Positions 49,861 through 60,450 of a stretch of DNA of 64,000 nucleotides are shown piece after piece. The translations under genes and the position numbers were made by a program. The notes beneath the pieces are model-generated. The model saw only the letters and a list, made by a program, of their open reading frames with translations, searched no databases and was not told the origin of the DNA. The stretch is from Spirochaetota bacterium (GTDB lineage: Bacteria; Spirochaetota; UBA4802; UBA5550). Every line of letters starts with the position of its first letter. Positions within the stretch are counted from its first letter, which is position 1. Location: the NCBI GenBank assembly GCA_003246895.1, contig QKCL01000067.1, positions 17,995 to 81,994 on the forward strand, given 5' to 3'.

Positions 49861-50033
49861 ATTCAATGGTTTTTACTCCGTTTCTTTATTTTTTCTTCAT
49901 AAAAAAACAGATTCATTTGTAAAAAAAATAAAATGGTGAGTTCTTTTGATTTTGTTATATCTGAAGCTGTTTGAACGCCATTTTTTGTTCCAATGAGGTA
50001 CGTGACAAAAGTTATAATTAAAGGTGGTTTTAG

Positions 50034-50459
50034 TTGAAAGAGAGAATACTGTTTCTTTGTACAGGTAATTCGTGCAGAAGCCAGATGGCTGAGGGTTTTG
50101 GGAGAGTTATGCTGGGGCATAACTTTGAAGTTTATTCAGCCGGTATTGAAAAACACGGGCTGAACCCCTATGCTGTGAGGGTAATGGCCGAAGCGGGGAT
50201 TGATATAAGTAAGCATGTAAGCAAGAAAATTAATGAACTTCCTGTTAGTGATTTTGATTATGTCATAACTGTCTGCGGCCATGCAAATGAAACGTGCCCG
50301 TTTTTCCCTGCAAAGACTGCTCTTATACATCGTGGTTTTGATGATCCTCCGAAGCTGACAGAAAATATTGAAGATGAAGAGGAAAGACTGAATATTTACA
50401 GAAGGGTCAGGAATGAAATAAGAGATTATATTAAATCCATAGTTGATAACGGTTTTTGA
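50034..50459 (+). CDS. arsC: Arsenate reductase / LMW-PTP family
   Basis: CTGNSCRSQMAEG, TVCG..TCP, FDDP. Confidence 0.88.
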   Translation: MKERILFLCTGNSCRSQMAEGFGRVMLGHNFEVYSAGIEKHGLNPYAVRVMAEAGIDISKHVSKKINELPVSDFDYVITVCGHANETCPFFPAKTALIHRGFDDPPKLTENIEDEEERLNIYRRVRNEIRDYIKSIVDNGF

Positions 50460-50540
50460 TGGAAAGAGGGAGGAAAAACTCGGAAAATTTATTGCAGTAA
50501 TCTACTGCTCATTTTAAATGTATATTAATGTTTTGGTATA

Positions 50541-51437
50541 TTGGAGAATTTATTGCAGGCTAGAAAAGATTCCGTTAAACTTTCATATATAGAAGGGTGG
50601 ATGGCTATTGTTGTAAACATACTGCTCTTTATTCTGAAATACTGGGCAGGAATCATGACAGGTTCTCTGGCTATTGTTGCCGATGCATGGCATACTCTTT
50701 CTGATTCATTTACGTCCCTTGTCGTAATTCTGGGAGCAAGGGCTTCTGTTAAACCTCCCGACAAGGAGCATCCATTTGGCCATGGCAGGTCCGAACTTAT
50801 TGCATCTGTGGTAATTGCCGTGATCCTGGCCGTGGTTGCGCTTGATTTTGTAATTGATGCTGTCCGCAGATTCTCATCCAAAGAGACTGTTTCATACGGT
50901 CCTGTAGCAGTATGGGTTACGGGAGTCTCTGTGGTTGTGAAGGAGATGCTGGCATGGTTCGCTTTCTGGGCAGCCAGGAAGGCCTCTTCTCCTTCATTAA
51001 AAGCTGATGCGTGGCATCATAGAAGTGATGCTTTGTCTTCTCTGGTCATTCTTGCTGGAATTATCTGGGGAAGTTATTTCTGGTGGATAGACAGTTTTAT
51101 GGCCCTGGTTGTTTCGGGAATGCTTTTTTATGCATCATACAGAATATTCAAGGAGACATTTGATCCGCTCATCGGAGACGCTCCCTGCGCTGAACTAACA
51201 TCTTCCATAAAAAAAATAATAACGGAAACATCAAATATAGCACTTTCCCCACATCATTTTCATGTTCATAAATATGGTGCACATATGGAACTTACATTTC
51301 ATCTGACATTCCCCGGGGACATGTCTCTTCATGATGCTCATTCGATTACTACAGATGTTGAAAAAAAAATAAAAGATCAGACCGGAATTCATGCAACCAT
51401 ACACATGGAGCCTGATGATAAATTTTGGAAAAGCTGA
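50541..51437 (+). CDS. Cation diffusion facilitator transporter
   Basis: DAWHTLSD, HPFGHGR, ADAWHHRSD, HMEP. Confidence 0.9.
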   Translation: MENLLQARKDSVKLSYIEGWMAIVVNILLFILKYWAGIMTGSLAIVADAWHTLSDSFTSLVVILGARASVKPPDKEHPFGHGRSELIASVVIAVILAVVALDFVIDAVRRFSSKETVSYGPVAVWVTGVSVVVKEMLAWFAFWAARKASSPSLKADAWHHRSDALSSLVILAGIIWGSYFWWIDSFMALVVSGMLFYASYRIFKETFDPLIGDAPCAELTSSIKKIITETSNIALSPHHFHVHKYGAHMELTFHLTFPGDMSLHDAHSITTDVEKKIKDQTGIHATIHMEPDDKFWKS

Positions 51438-52363
51438 GTAAAACTGCACCATTTGTGATCCTTGACGGCGGGCTGGCCACTGAACTTGAACTGGCAGGTC
51501 ATGTTCTGTCCAGTAAACTCTGGTCCGCAAAAATAATCTGGGATTCTCCGTCTTCAATAAGAAACATTCATCTGGCATATTTACGGGCCGGAGCCGATAT
51601 CATTACTACATCGTCTTATCAGGCGTCAATACCGGGATTGATGAAGTTCGGGTACAGTCATTCAAAGTCATGCGACATTGTTAAAAGAAGCGTTGAGCTT
51701 GCCGTTGAATCAAGGGAAGCCTTTTACCGTGAGTGCAGCGGGGAGACGCTGAACAGATATATAGCCGGATCCGCTGGGCCCTACGGGGCATATCTTGCTG
51801 ATGGATCGGAGTACACTGGAACTTATAATCTCACGGAAAGAGAGTATGCTGATTTTCACAGGGAAAGAGTGGACCTGCTCATCGAAAGCGGTGTTGACAT
51901 TATTGCTTTCGAGACATTTCCGCGTATTGATGAAGCTGAAGCGGTATTCGGGGTTATGACAAAATATTACCCCGATTTTCCATTCTGGATTTCCTTTGTA
52001 ACACACGATGGTCTCAATACCGCTGCCGGGGACAGCCTTGCGGGCTTGTGGGAGAAATTTGGACGTGGCGGAAACTTCCTTGGAATAGGAATGAACTGCA
52101 GCCATCCTTCCCTTGTCGAAAAATTTGCCTGCACTGTGGGGGCGAGGAGTAACAAGTTTATTATTGCATATCCCAACTCGGGAGAGGGATTTGATGTAGA
52201 AAGCGGATCCTGGACAGGAACCATGGATTTAAGCCTTTTCCGAAACAGTATAAAAAACTGGGTCAGTGCCGGAGTAAATATAATCGGCGGATGCTGCAGA
52301 ACCGGCCCGGAAACAATTTCACTTATTTCTGAGGCAAGAGGAGATATGAAATTCCTCCAATGA
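51425..52363 (+). CDS. mmuM: Homocysteine S-methyltransferase
   Basis: LDGGLATELE, SSYQAS, GPYGAYLADGSEYTG, FET, MNC, YPNSGE, GGCCRT. Confidence 0.9.
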   Translation: MEKLSKTAPFVILDGGLATELELAGHVLSSKLWSAKIIWDSPSSIRNIHLAYLRAGADIITTSSYQASIPGLMKFGYSHSKSCDIVKRSVELAVESREAFYRECSGETLNRYIAGSAGPYGAYLADGSEYTGTYNLTEREYADFHRERVDLLIESGVDIIAFETFPRIDEAEAVFGVMTKYYPDFPFWISFVTHDGLNTAAGDSLAGLWEKFGRGGNFLGIGMNCSHPSLVEKFACTVGARSNKFIIAYPNSGEGFDVESGSWTGTMDLSLFRNSIKNWVSAGVNIIGGCCRTGPETISLISEARGDMKFLQ

Positions 52364-53169
52364 ATATAATCGGAATAAGTGATATCGGGGACAAAAGGAT
52401 TGATAGCTACCGGAATCTCAGGGACAGGGATCTGAAGAGGGAGGGGCTTATTATTACCGAGGGCAGGCTTCTCTTTGAAAGGCTGGCGAACAGCATTCAT
52501 AAAATTCAATCGGTTCTCTGTTCATCAAAATTTTTTAAAAATACTGAAATAACTGTTCCATCTGACGTTCCTGTTTATGTAGGAGATGAATCCCTCATTG
52601 AGCAGATAGCCGGTTTTAATTTTCACCGGGGGATACTCGCCATATCGGAAAGGCCGTCAATGCCCGGGGCATATGAACTCGAACAAGCGATTTCTTTTAG
52701 AGATTCTGTTTCAATGGTGATCTGTCCAAGCGCCGGAAACAGTGAAAATCTTGGCGTTCTTATAAGAACCTCAGTGGCACTGGGAGTTGATTTTCTTGTA
52801 ATAGGTCCTGAAAGCTGCGACCCATATACCAGAATCGCCCTCAGGGCAGGTATGGGAGCTCAGTTCGGATATCCTATTTACCTTGTTCATGAATTATGCC
52901 CCTTTATTGAAAAGATGAGGATTAAATACGGCCTTAGAGTTTACGCCACTGTACTTTCCGGTGAAGCCGTTGATCTTGAGTATGTAAATTTTGACATCAG
53001 GAGTGCACTTCTTTTTGGAAATGAATATGATGGAATAGATGAGGAATTCTATAAATTATTTGATCATGAAATAACTATTCCGATGAAAAACAATACAGAT
53101 TCTTTAAATCTTTCAGTTTCTGCCGGTATATTTATCTATAAAATGACTGAAAAACGTGAAAAGAAATAA
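52360..53169 (+). CDS. TrmH/SpoU-family RNA methyltransferase
   Basis: ENLGVLIR, FGNEYDG, DSLNLSVSAGI. Confidence 0.88.
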   Translation: MNIIGISDIGDKRIDSYRNLRDRDLKREGLIITEGRLLFERLANSIHKIQSVLCSSKFFKNTEITVPSDVPVYVGDESLIEQIAGFNFHRGILAISERPSMPGAYELEQAISFRDSVSMVICPSAGNSENLGVLIRTSVALGVDFLVIGPESCDPYTRIALRAGMGAQFGYPIYLVHELCPFIEKMRIKYGLRVYATVLSGEAVDLEYVNFDIRSALLFGNEYDGIDEEFYKLFDHEITIPMKNNTDSLNLSVSAGIFIYKMTEKREKK

Positions 53170-53344
53170 TTTTGCGCTCGTTTTTCAATAAAAGATCAGT
53201 TTTTTTGTAGTTTTATTGTTACAAAAATGTTAACTATAGGCTAAGTTCGTTAAAAAATCATACATTAATTTGACATATTTTTTTGGATATATTTCATAAA
53301 ACAAATATGTAATTTATTTATAACAATAAATCAGGAGACTATTC

Positions 53345-55513
53345 ATGAAACAGGCAGATCATATTGGATATGCGAAGCTCGTAGAGCCGGGTGAAACATG
53401 TAAAAGACCACCGGCATCAGAGTATTTTGGTTCAAAAACATTTAATAAAGTAGTAATGAAGGAAAAACTTCCCCAATCAATTCTTGCAAAACTTGAATCC
53501 TGCATAGATGAAGGGGCTAAACTTGACCTTGAAACAGCAAATGTTGTTGCACATGCCATGAAAGAGTGGGCACTTGAAAACGGTGCTACTCACTATGCAC
53601 ACTGGTTCCAGCCAATGACAGGCGCAACTGCTGAAAAACATGACTCATTCATTGAATTTTCAGGAGAGCATACAGTTATTGAAAGATTTTCAGGAGAGCA
53701 GCTTGTTCAGAGTGAGCCTGATGCATCAAGTTTTCCAAGCGGCGGAATCAGGGCTACATTCGAGGCCAGAGGATATACAGCATGGGATATGTCAAGTCCT
53801 GCATTCCTGAGACAAAACGGTAAAGGTATTACTCTTACAATTCCTTCTGCTTTCATATCTTATACAGGTGAGGCTCTTGATAAAAAGACTCCTCTTCTGA
53901 GATCAATCAAGGCAGTTAGCAAAAGCACTCTTAAAATGCTTAAACTTCTTGGAAATGATACATCCAAAAAAGTATATTCAAACGTCGGTCCAGAGCAGGA
54001 GTACTTCCTCATTGACAGAAGATACTATTCAAGAAGACAGGACCTTGTCCTTACAGGAAGAACTCTTTTAGGTGCTGCTCCGGCAAAAGGACAGGAACTT
54101 GATGACCAGTACTTTGGATCAATCAAGGAAAGAATCCAGAGCTGCATGCATGATCTTGATGTAGAGCTACATAAATTCGGCATACCTGCAAAAACAAGAC
54201 ACAATGAGGTTGCTCCAAGCCAGTTCGAAATCGCTCCTATTTTTGAAGACGCGAACATTGGTGTTGACCATAACCAGCTCCTTCTTGACAATCTTAGAAA
54301 AGTAGCAAGAAGACACGACCTTGTTGCACTTACTCATGAAAAACCATTTGCGCGTGTTAACGGTAACGGTAAACACCTGAACTGGTCAATTTCTACAGAT
54401 GATGGAATAAACCTTCTTAAGCCAGGTAAAACACCGGCTGAGAATATACAGTTCCTTGTATTCCTTATTTCTGTTATTAAAGGTGTCAACCAAAACGCTG
54501 ACATTTTAAGATCAACTGTAGCTACTGCTGGAAATGACCATAGACTAGGTGCAAATGAAGCTCCTCCTGCAATTATTTCAATTTTCCTTGGAGACCAGCT
54601 TTCTGCAATTATTGATTCAATTGAAAAAGGCGAGGTTCATAAAGCTTCTGATGCAGAAATCATTGATCTTGGAATTTCTTCTCTTCCTGTTCTGAGCAAG
54701 GATAATACAGACAGAAACAGAACTTCTCCATTTGCATTTACAGGAAATAAATTCGAGTTCAGAGCAGTTGGTTCTTCTCAGTCTATTTCTTTCCCTGCAA
54801 CTGTTCTTAACACAATTGTTGCAGAAGCTATCGATGAAGTAACTGCTTCTATCGAATCCAAAAATTCAGGAGATCTCAGAAAAGCAATCTTCGAAGTACT
54901 TCAGGCAGAGATCAAGGCTAACAAGGCTGTTCTTTTCTCAGGAGACAACTACACTGAAGCATGGCACAAAGAGGCTGAAAAAAGAGGTCTTCCTAACTTT
55001 AAATCTACACCGGAAGCTCTTAAAGCTCTTAACACAGATAAGGCTAAAGCCCTTTTCTCAAAATACGGAGTACTTTCCGAAGTTGAGCTTCATTCAAGAT
55101 ACGAGATCAAACTTGAAACTTATGCTACAAGACTTAAAATTGAAACAAAAGCTTTCATCGATATGGTTTCCTGTCAGGTTCTTCCTGCAGGTTATGGATA
55201 CCAGAAAGCTCTTGCTGATTCAATAAAGGCTGCTTCCGAGTATGCTCCTGCAGATGCACTTGCACCGCAGAAAGAACTTCTTTCTGATCTTGCAGGTAAA
55301 ATCGGCTGCATTCAGGCTGGTCTTGCAGGACTTAAAGATGCTCTTGCCAAAGCCGGAGACGTTGAAGATGCACTCGCAGCTGCAGAATTCTACTGCAACA
55401 CTGTGAAATCTAAAATGGATGAAGTCAGAGAAGTTGTTGATTCAATTGAAGGATTGGTTGACAATGAACTATGGTCGCTTCCTAAATACTGGGAAATGCT
55501 TTTCGTTAACTAG
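53345..55513 (+). CDS. glnA: Glutamine synthetase type III
   Basis: EPDASSFPSGG, GPEQEYF, HNEVAP, GKHLNWS, RLGANEAPP, DRNRTSPFAF, FEFR. Confidence 0.95.
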   Translation: MKQADHIGYAKLVEPGETCKRPPASEYFGSKTFNKVVMKEKLPQSILAKLESCIDEGAKLDLETANVVAHAMKEWALENGATHYAHWFQPMTGATAEKHDSFIEFSGEHTVIERFSGEQLVQSEPDASSFPSGGIRATFEARGYTAWDMSSPAFLRQNGKGITLTIPSAFISYTGEALDKKTPLLRSIKAVSKSTLKMLKLLGNDTSKKVYSNVGPEQEYFLIDRRYYSRRQDLVLTGRTLLGAAPAKGQELDDQYFGSIKERIQSCMHDLDVELHKFGIPAKTRHNEVAPSQFEIAPIFEDANIGVDHNQLLLDNLRKVARRHDLVALTHEKPFARVNGNGKHLNWSISTDDGINLLKPGKTPAENIQFLVFLISVIKGVNQNADILRSTVATAGNDHRLGANEAPPAIISIFLGDQLSAIIDSIEKGEVHKASDAEIIDLGISSLPVLSKDNTDRNRTSPFAFTGNKFEFRAVGSSQSISFPATVLNTIVAEAIDEVTASIESKNSGDLRKAIFEVLQAEIKANKAVLFSGDNYTEAWHKEAEKRGLPNFKSTPEALKALNTDKAKALFSKYGVLSEVELHSRYEIKLETYATRLKIETKAFIDMVSCQVLPAGYGYQKALADSIKAASEYAPADALAPQKELLSDLAGKIGCIQAGLAGLKDALAKAGDVEDALAAAEFYCNTVKSKMDEVREVVDSIEGLVDNELWSLPKYWEMLFVN

Positions 55514-55539
55514 TAAAAGAATTATCTCTTTATATATTG

Positions 55540-55569
55540 AAACGCCCGGCATTGCCGGGCGTTTTTTTG
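55540..55569 (+). terminator. Intrinsic terminator
   Basis: AAACGCCCGGC-ATT-GCCGGGCGTTTTTTT. Confidence 0.9.
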
Positions 55570-55686
55570 TGTCAGCCATTAAGAATTTTTATCTCAGACA
55601 TAAAATTTCTGTGTGTTGGTTTTCCTTTTATTCATCATCATTGAACTTTGTAAAAACCTTTACCAGTTTTTTGGATGGGATTTTTC

Positions 55687-56994
55687 CTATTTAATGTACT
55701 TAAAGTTTCTCCTCTTTCTGTCAATGAGCTGAACCCTGTGAAATTTTTTTTCATTTGTGAACTTTTCAGCAAGAGTATCTGCTAACTGAAGGCATCTTTC
55801 ACATGCGTCATAGGGAAGCTCTATCCCCGCAGAAAGACTGTTCCGGTTCGATGAACTTTCTATGACATAAAGTCCGGAACACTTCGAACAGGTGTATATC
55901 TCCTCCTTTCTTGTTTCCTGTATTCCGTCTGTATCGTAGTAGATGTTCCTGCTTGCCATGTGAACACTGTCTTTGCGAGGCCCTGCATTCTTTTTTGCAC
56001 TGAAGTAGTCTGCCACTATGATGTCGCATAATCCTGAAATGTATTCAGTCACTTCTCCGGACTGCCGGTATTTTGATTCTGTGAATCCCGGTTCCTTCAC
56101 ATGCGAATAGTCCAGTCCTGCCATGGCCAGTATTATTCCGAGGTTTACATAGGGGAGAGCTCCCTGTATCGAATATCCCCCCTCGAGTACGGCAATGTGA
56201 GGTTTAAGCATATCGTTGAGTTTTGCATAGCCCATTGCGCTGAAATTCATGTTTGTTATGGGGTCGGAATAGTGATTATCCTGTCCCGCAGAATTTATGA
56301 TGATTTCAGGTTTGAAATCATCGAGTATGGGCATTACTACATGTTCCATTGCATAGAGGAAGCCTTCATCTGAAGTGTTTGGGGGAAGTGGGATGTTTAC
56401 GGTTTTTCCGGGGGCGCCTGGTCCGCCGGTTTCGTCAATGTGACCTGACCCGGGGTAGAGTGTCCGCCCGTCCTGGTGGAGGGAAATGAAAAGTACATCC
56501 GGGTCATTCCAGAAGATGTCCTGTGTGCCGTCTCCGTGGTGGCAGTCTGTATCAACTATGGCGATTTTTTTAATGCCGTAGTTGCTCCTGATGTACTCAA
56601 CCATTACCGCTTCATTGTTTATGTTGCAGAATCCTCTGTTCCCGTGAACCGTCTTCATTGCGTGATGCCCCGGAGGCCTGACCAGGGCAAAGGATCTGTC
56701 AACCTCTCCTTCAAGAACAGCCTTTGCCGCCCTTATTGCCCCGCCTGCAGATACAAGGTGTGATTCCGTGGTAACGCTTTCGACATCGGGAAAGCAGAAG
56801 TGACATTTCATGATGTCTTCATTTGATGCAACAAGAGGCCTGAGCTCAGTCATGCAGTCAAGGTCAAATATTCCCTCTTCCATCAACTGGTCATGGGTGT
56901 ATAGAAGCCTCTCTTCCCGTTCAGGGTGTGTGGGAGATATTGCCCAGTCGTATGCAGGAAAGAAGATGAGTCCCAGTTTCTTTTTAGTTTTCAT
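55687..56994 (-). CDS. Histone-deacetylase-family amidohydrolase
   Basis: HPE, RPPGHHA, GFC, DTDCHHGDGT, YPGSG, GQD, LEGGY. Confidence 0.9.
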   Translation of the reverse strand: MKTKKKLGLIFFPAYDWAISPTHPEREERLLYTHDQLMEEGIFDLDCMTELRPLVASNEDIMKCHFCFPDVESVTTESHLVSAGGAIRAAKAVLEGEVDRSFALVRPPGHHAMKTVHGNRGFCNINNEAVMVEYIRSNYGIKKIAIVDTDCHHGDGTQDIFWNDPDVLFISLHQDGRTLYPGSGHIDETGGPGAPGKTVNIPLPPNTSDEGFLYAMEHVVMPILDDFKPEIIINSAGQDNHYSDPITNMNFSAMGYAKLNDMLKPHIAVLEGGYSIQGALPYVNLGIILAMAGLDYSHVKEPGFTESKYRQSGEVTEYISGLCDIIVADYFSAKKNAGPRKDSVHMASRNIYYDTDGIQETRKEEIYTCSKCSGLYVIESSSNRNSLSAGIELPYDACERCLQLADTLAEKFTNEKKFHRVQLIDRKRRNFKYIK

Positions 56995-58658
56995 TCAGCC
57001 CCTCTCTTTTCCAGTGTTCTGCTGAGCCCCGGTTTAATCTGGCATTTGAGCCGCAGATCATATCCGGAACTGTAATAGCCTTTTATCATTTTGAAACTGG
57101 TTCTTTCTGTTATTTCGAGGTCATCATAGTTTATTCTGATGTTTTCTGTTTTAAGGTGTTCTTTCAGGTGCTGGAGAATATCCGTTTCGGCGTCTCCCAT
57201 TGAATATTCTGAATTTATCTCTTTCTCTATGTTCAGTTCAGGGATGCTCATGTATCCCGATGTGGTATCGGCAAAAAGTGAACACTGGATTGTTGTTTTG
57301 CAAAGGGCAGCTCCGACGGCGTTGGCCACTTCGTGATGCTCGGGTATAATAACTTCGTAGTTCTTTTTGAGTATTTCGCCGAAGAATCCTGCGGGTGCGC
57401 CGATTATAAATACAGTATCAGCCGAGATGGTATAGTTTTCGATTACTTCGTGAACCGTGTACAGTGGTCTTGAATTTGTTTCATCTATGAGTGATGTTAT
57501 CTCTCGTGAAATTTTTTCACATGCACCTTCTGCTATCCGGGCGGCTGTGACTTCCGGAGTATCTCCAAGTTCAGCTGCCATTTTTATTATGGCTTCTGCT
57601 GATTTTCTCTTATCTCCAAGTTCTGCAATTCCGAGAAATACAAATGCATCAATCACTGTAGGTGAAGGACCTCCAAGGCAGAGGGGGGCACCCTTTCTTT
57701 CAGGGCCGATTTTTATTGTACCGTTTTCGATTCGCACAAAGGAATCTCCGCCAATGCCGATTGACCTGCTCAGAAGAGACCTCACTGATGTGAGTTTCCC
57801 GTTTATCTTTGCTCCGTCCTTTTCTATTAGGGGGATGCCCTCAACGAAAAGTGAGATGTCTGTAGTTGTTCCGCCTATGTCCAGAAGCACGGAAGTTTTC
57901 AGCGTCGAATGCAGAGCCATGATCCCCATGATACTGGCGGACGGGCCCGAAAGAACAGACTCAACAGGCCTTGTTCTTGAGTATCTGAGGGGAATGGTGC
58001 CTCCATCCGCTTTAAGTATGTTTATCTCGCATTTGATTCCGAGTTTCTCAGTGTTTGAAATTACGGAATCCGAAAATGAATTAAAGGCTCTCCAGACTGC
58101 TGAATTATAATATGCAGTATTGATTCTTCTTGGAAAATTCAGTGAACCGGAAGTTATATGTCCCGGTGTAATGAAGTCGCAGAGGCTGCTGCATTGTTCG
58201 GCGGTTTCATCTTCAAGCAAAGAGTTTCTGGTTGAAAATTTTGATACAACGGCCATTGTTTTTATTCCGGATTCAGAGATGTTCCTTTTAACCTTTTCAA
58301 GTTCCTCATTGGAGAGCTGTTCAGTGATCTCCCCTCTGTGGTCTATGGAGCCTTTTAAAATAAAGAAATACTCATCAATCAGGTGGTTGTTGGGATTGGC
58401 TCCAGGCCCCGGAATTATGACGGTGGCGGTTTTTTCAACTGTGTTTTCAATTATTGCATTTGTGGTTATTGTTGTGCTGAGGTTTATCTTTTTTATTGAG
58501 GATAGATCAATCCCCTCTGTGAGTTCCGCCAGAGAAAGGGAAATTGTGTCGGACAGGTCGTGTTTTCGGGTAAGGGTCTTGTTCTTTTTAACAATACCTG
58601 TGCTGTCTATAAGTACAGCATCAGTATGGGTTCCTCCTACATCTATACCGATTATCAT
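56991..58658 (-). CDS. Hydantoinase/oxoprolinase-family protein
   Basis: GIDVGGTHTD, SGPSAS, DIGGTTTDI, GIGGDS, VANAVGA. Confidence 0.88.
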   Translation of the reverse strand: MIIGIDVGGTHTDAVLIDSTGIVKKNKTLTRKHDLSDTISLSLAELTEGIDLSSIKKINLSTTITTNAIIENTVEKTATVIIPGPGANPNNHLIDEYFFILKGSIDHRGEITEQLSNEELEKVKRNISESGIKTMAVVSKFSTRNSLLEDETAEQCSSLCDFITPGHITSGSLNFPRRINTAYYNSAVWRAFNSFSDSVISNTEKLGIKCEINILKADGGTIPLRYSRTRPVESVLSGPSASIMGIMALHSTLKTSVLLDIGGTTTDISLFVEGIPLIEKDGAKINGKLTSVRSLLSRSIGIGGDSFVRIENGTIKIGPERKGAPLCLGGPSPTVIDAFVFLGIAELGDKRKSAEAIIKMAAELGDTPEVTAARIAEGACEKISREITSLIDETNSRPLYTVHEVIENYTISADTVFIIGAPAGFFGEILKKNYEVIIPEHHEVANAVGAALCKTTIQCSLFADTTSGYMSIPELNIEKEINSEYSMGDAETDILQHLKEHLKTENIRINYDDLEITERTSFKMIKGYYSSGYDLRLKCQIKPGLSRTLEKRGAE

Positions 58659-59806
58659 TCCTGACTCCTTTCTGTTTTTTTCTTTGAAGAAGCATTCCGT
58701 TTGAAAATTTTATCCAGAAGCGTTGTGGTTTTATGTGCGTAAAAGTTCTGTAAAACTGTGAATTGTCTGCATAGTCCTGAATATTTTTTTATAAGTGACT
58801 GTTTTGCTGTCGTGTCTGCTTTAATATTATGGGATGTTCCATTTACTGCCTCAGGTTTACCTTTCCCGGCAAAGGGTCTGATTATATCGTCATTATTTTC
58901 ATAAAGTCCGGGGCTTTCAAAATCGGATTTGTTTTTTTCAGTTATTTCAGAGTTAAGAAAAATAATACTGTTTATCTTCATGTATTTATTTTTAATTTCT
59001 TTTCTTGAAAACTTTTTAAGAATATCTGTTCTTATCTTTGGGGCTTCTTTTACGGATTTTTCAGGGGTCTTTGCAGCTATTTTAATACTTCTGGTCTCTG
59101 TACCCTTGATTTTTATATGTTTCCGGCTGGCAACTGAAATTATCTCGGCATCTTCATGGGCTTTCTCCAGAGATGCTATAAACATCTTTTCATTCTGTTT
59201 GGTCATCATAAATCTTTTTATTAGGAGAGGGTTTTCATCGATGTATCCCGCTTTGCCGGGCTTTACTGTAAACGCATATTTATATCCTGCCTTTCTGATT
59301 TCCCTGAATGCCTCAGGGCAGTATGCTCCGTATGGGTATACAAATGCTTCAATTTTGATTTTTAGTCTCTCCTCCAGTATTTTTTTTGACAGATGAATTT
59401 CTCTTTTGAATAGGTATTCTGAGGCATTGAACTGTTTGCTGTTGAGAAACCTGTGGTTGAATCCGTGAGCAGCGATTGTGCAGCCTTCATTTTTTAGTTC
59501 TTCCAGCTGTTTCCATGTGAGGGCATAGCTTGTCCTTCCTGTCGCTGCGGGATAAATCGCAAGAAGAGGCTTTATGCCCAAAGGTTTCATTATTTCGAAG
59601 TAGGTGCGGTAAACACTTCTGTTTCCGTCATCCACAGTGATGAGGATATTCCGGGAGCCTTTGAATCTGTTCTTTCTATAGTCTTCGTATGAAATAAACT
59701 TGTATCCGGCCCCTTTAAGGGCCAGAAGGTGTGATTTGAGTTTTGCAGGAGAAAAAGATATACTGTCCTTTCTGTCCAGAAAGGCATGGTAGCACAGTAT
59801 ATACAC
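58655..59806 (-). CDS. Polysaccharide deacetylase (CE4) with Lys-rich tail
   Basis: LCYH, ITVDDG, AAHGFNH, FVYPYG. Confidence 0.82.
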   Translation of the reverse strand: MYILCYHAFLDRKDSISFSPAKLKSHLLALKGAGYKFISYEDYRKNRFKGSRNILITVDDGNRSVYRTYFEIMKPLGIKPLLAIYPAATGRTSYALTWKQLEELKNEGCTIAAHGFNHRFLNSKQFNASEYLFKREIHLSKKILEERLKIKIEAFVYPYGAYCPEAFREIRKAGYKYAFTVKPGKAGYIDENPLLIKRFMMTKQNEKMFIASLEKAHEDAEIISVASRKHIKIKGTETRSIKIAAKTPEKSVKEAPKIRTDILKKFSRKEIKNKYMKINSIIFLNSEITEKNKSDFESPGLYENNDDIIRPFAGKGKPEAVNGTSHNIKADTTAKQSLIKKYSGLCRQFTVLQNFYAHKTTTLLDKIFKRNASSKKKTERSQE

Positions 59807-59871
59807 TGAAGGCTTTGATGCGGCCGATGCAGACGAAAACCAGGCAGCGAATACTGTAATAAATATTACTG

Positions 59872-60450
59872 CTAGTTTCCTGATTCTGACTCCTCTGCCT
59901 CTTCAGCCTGTCTTCGTTTTTCTTCAAGTTTATTTTTTGCCCTTGCTGAAATCTGTTTTTTAAGATCATCAAGGTTCATGACTGTTGAAGGGTGGGCCCT
60001 CATCATGGAGCTTTCGAATATTGAAACAAAGAATTTTGTTTCCGGAATAAGATATTTTTCCAGGTAAATATAGTTGTCCCAGTCCTTGTTCTTTTTGAAT
60101 TCATCAAGATATAAGAGCGAAGTTGCCTCCACTTCATATGCTTTTTTGTATACTCCAAGGCAATCCTCGGGTTTGTAAGCTTTCAGGCTCTGTACAAGCA
60201 TATTCTGCCGTGAACTGTATTCGGAAGGAGAGAACTTGCCTGCTGCGTAAAAATAGTTCAGGTCTATTTTTGAGTCATAACCTCTTCGGAAATCGATGGA
60301 AAGCGCAATGTTGTCAATAATCTCGATTTCTTTTTGTTTATAGTATCTGTTTTCAACGTATGAGAGTGAACTCAGTGAACTGCATCCCGGGAGGAAGATT
60401 AGTAATGTCAAAATACACGGTAGTATGCGAAAAATCATTTTGTACTCCAT
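59872..60450 (-). CDS. Lipoprotein of unknown function
   Basis: Lipobox LPGC. Confidence 0.7.
   Translation of the reverse strand: MEYKMIFRILPCILTLLIFLPGCSSLSSLSYVENRYYKQKEIEIIDNIALSIDFRRGYDSKIDLNYFYAAGKFSPSEYSSRQNMLVQSLKAYKPEDCLGVYKKAYEVEATSLLYLDEFKKNKDWDNYIYLEKYLIPETKFFVSIFESSMMRAHPSTVMNLDDLKKQISARAKNKLEEKRRQAEEAEESESGN

Noticed and set aside
53297-53325. GlnR/TnrA box upstream of glnA
   Set aside because: TGTAA..TAACA has an 8-nt spacer rather than the canonical 7; no supporting regulator in view.
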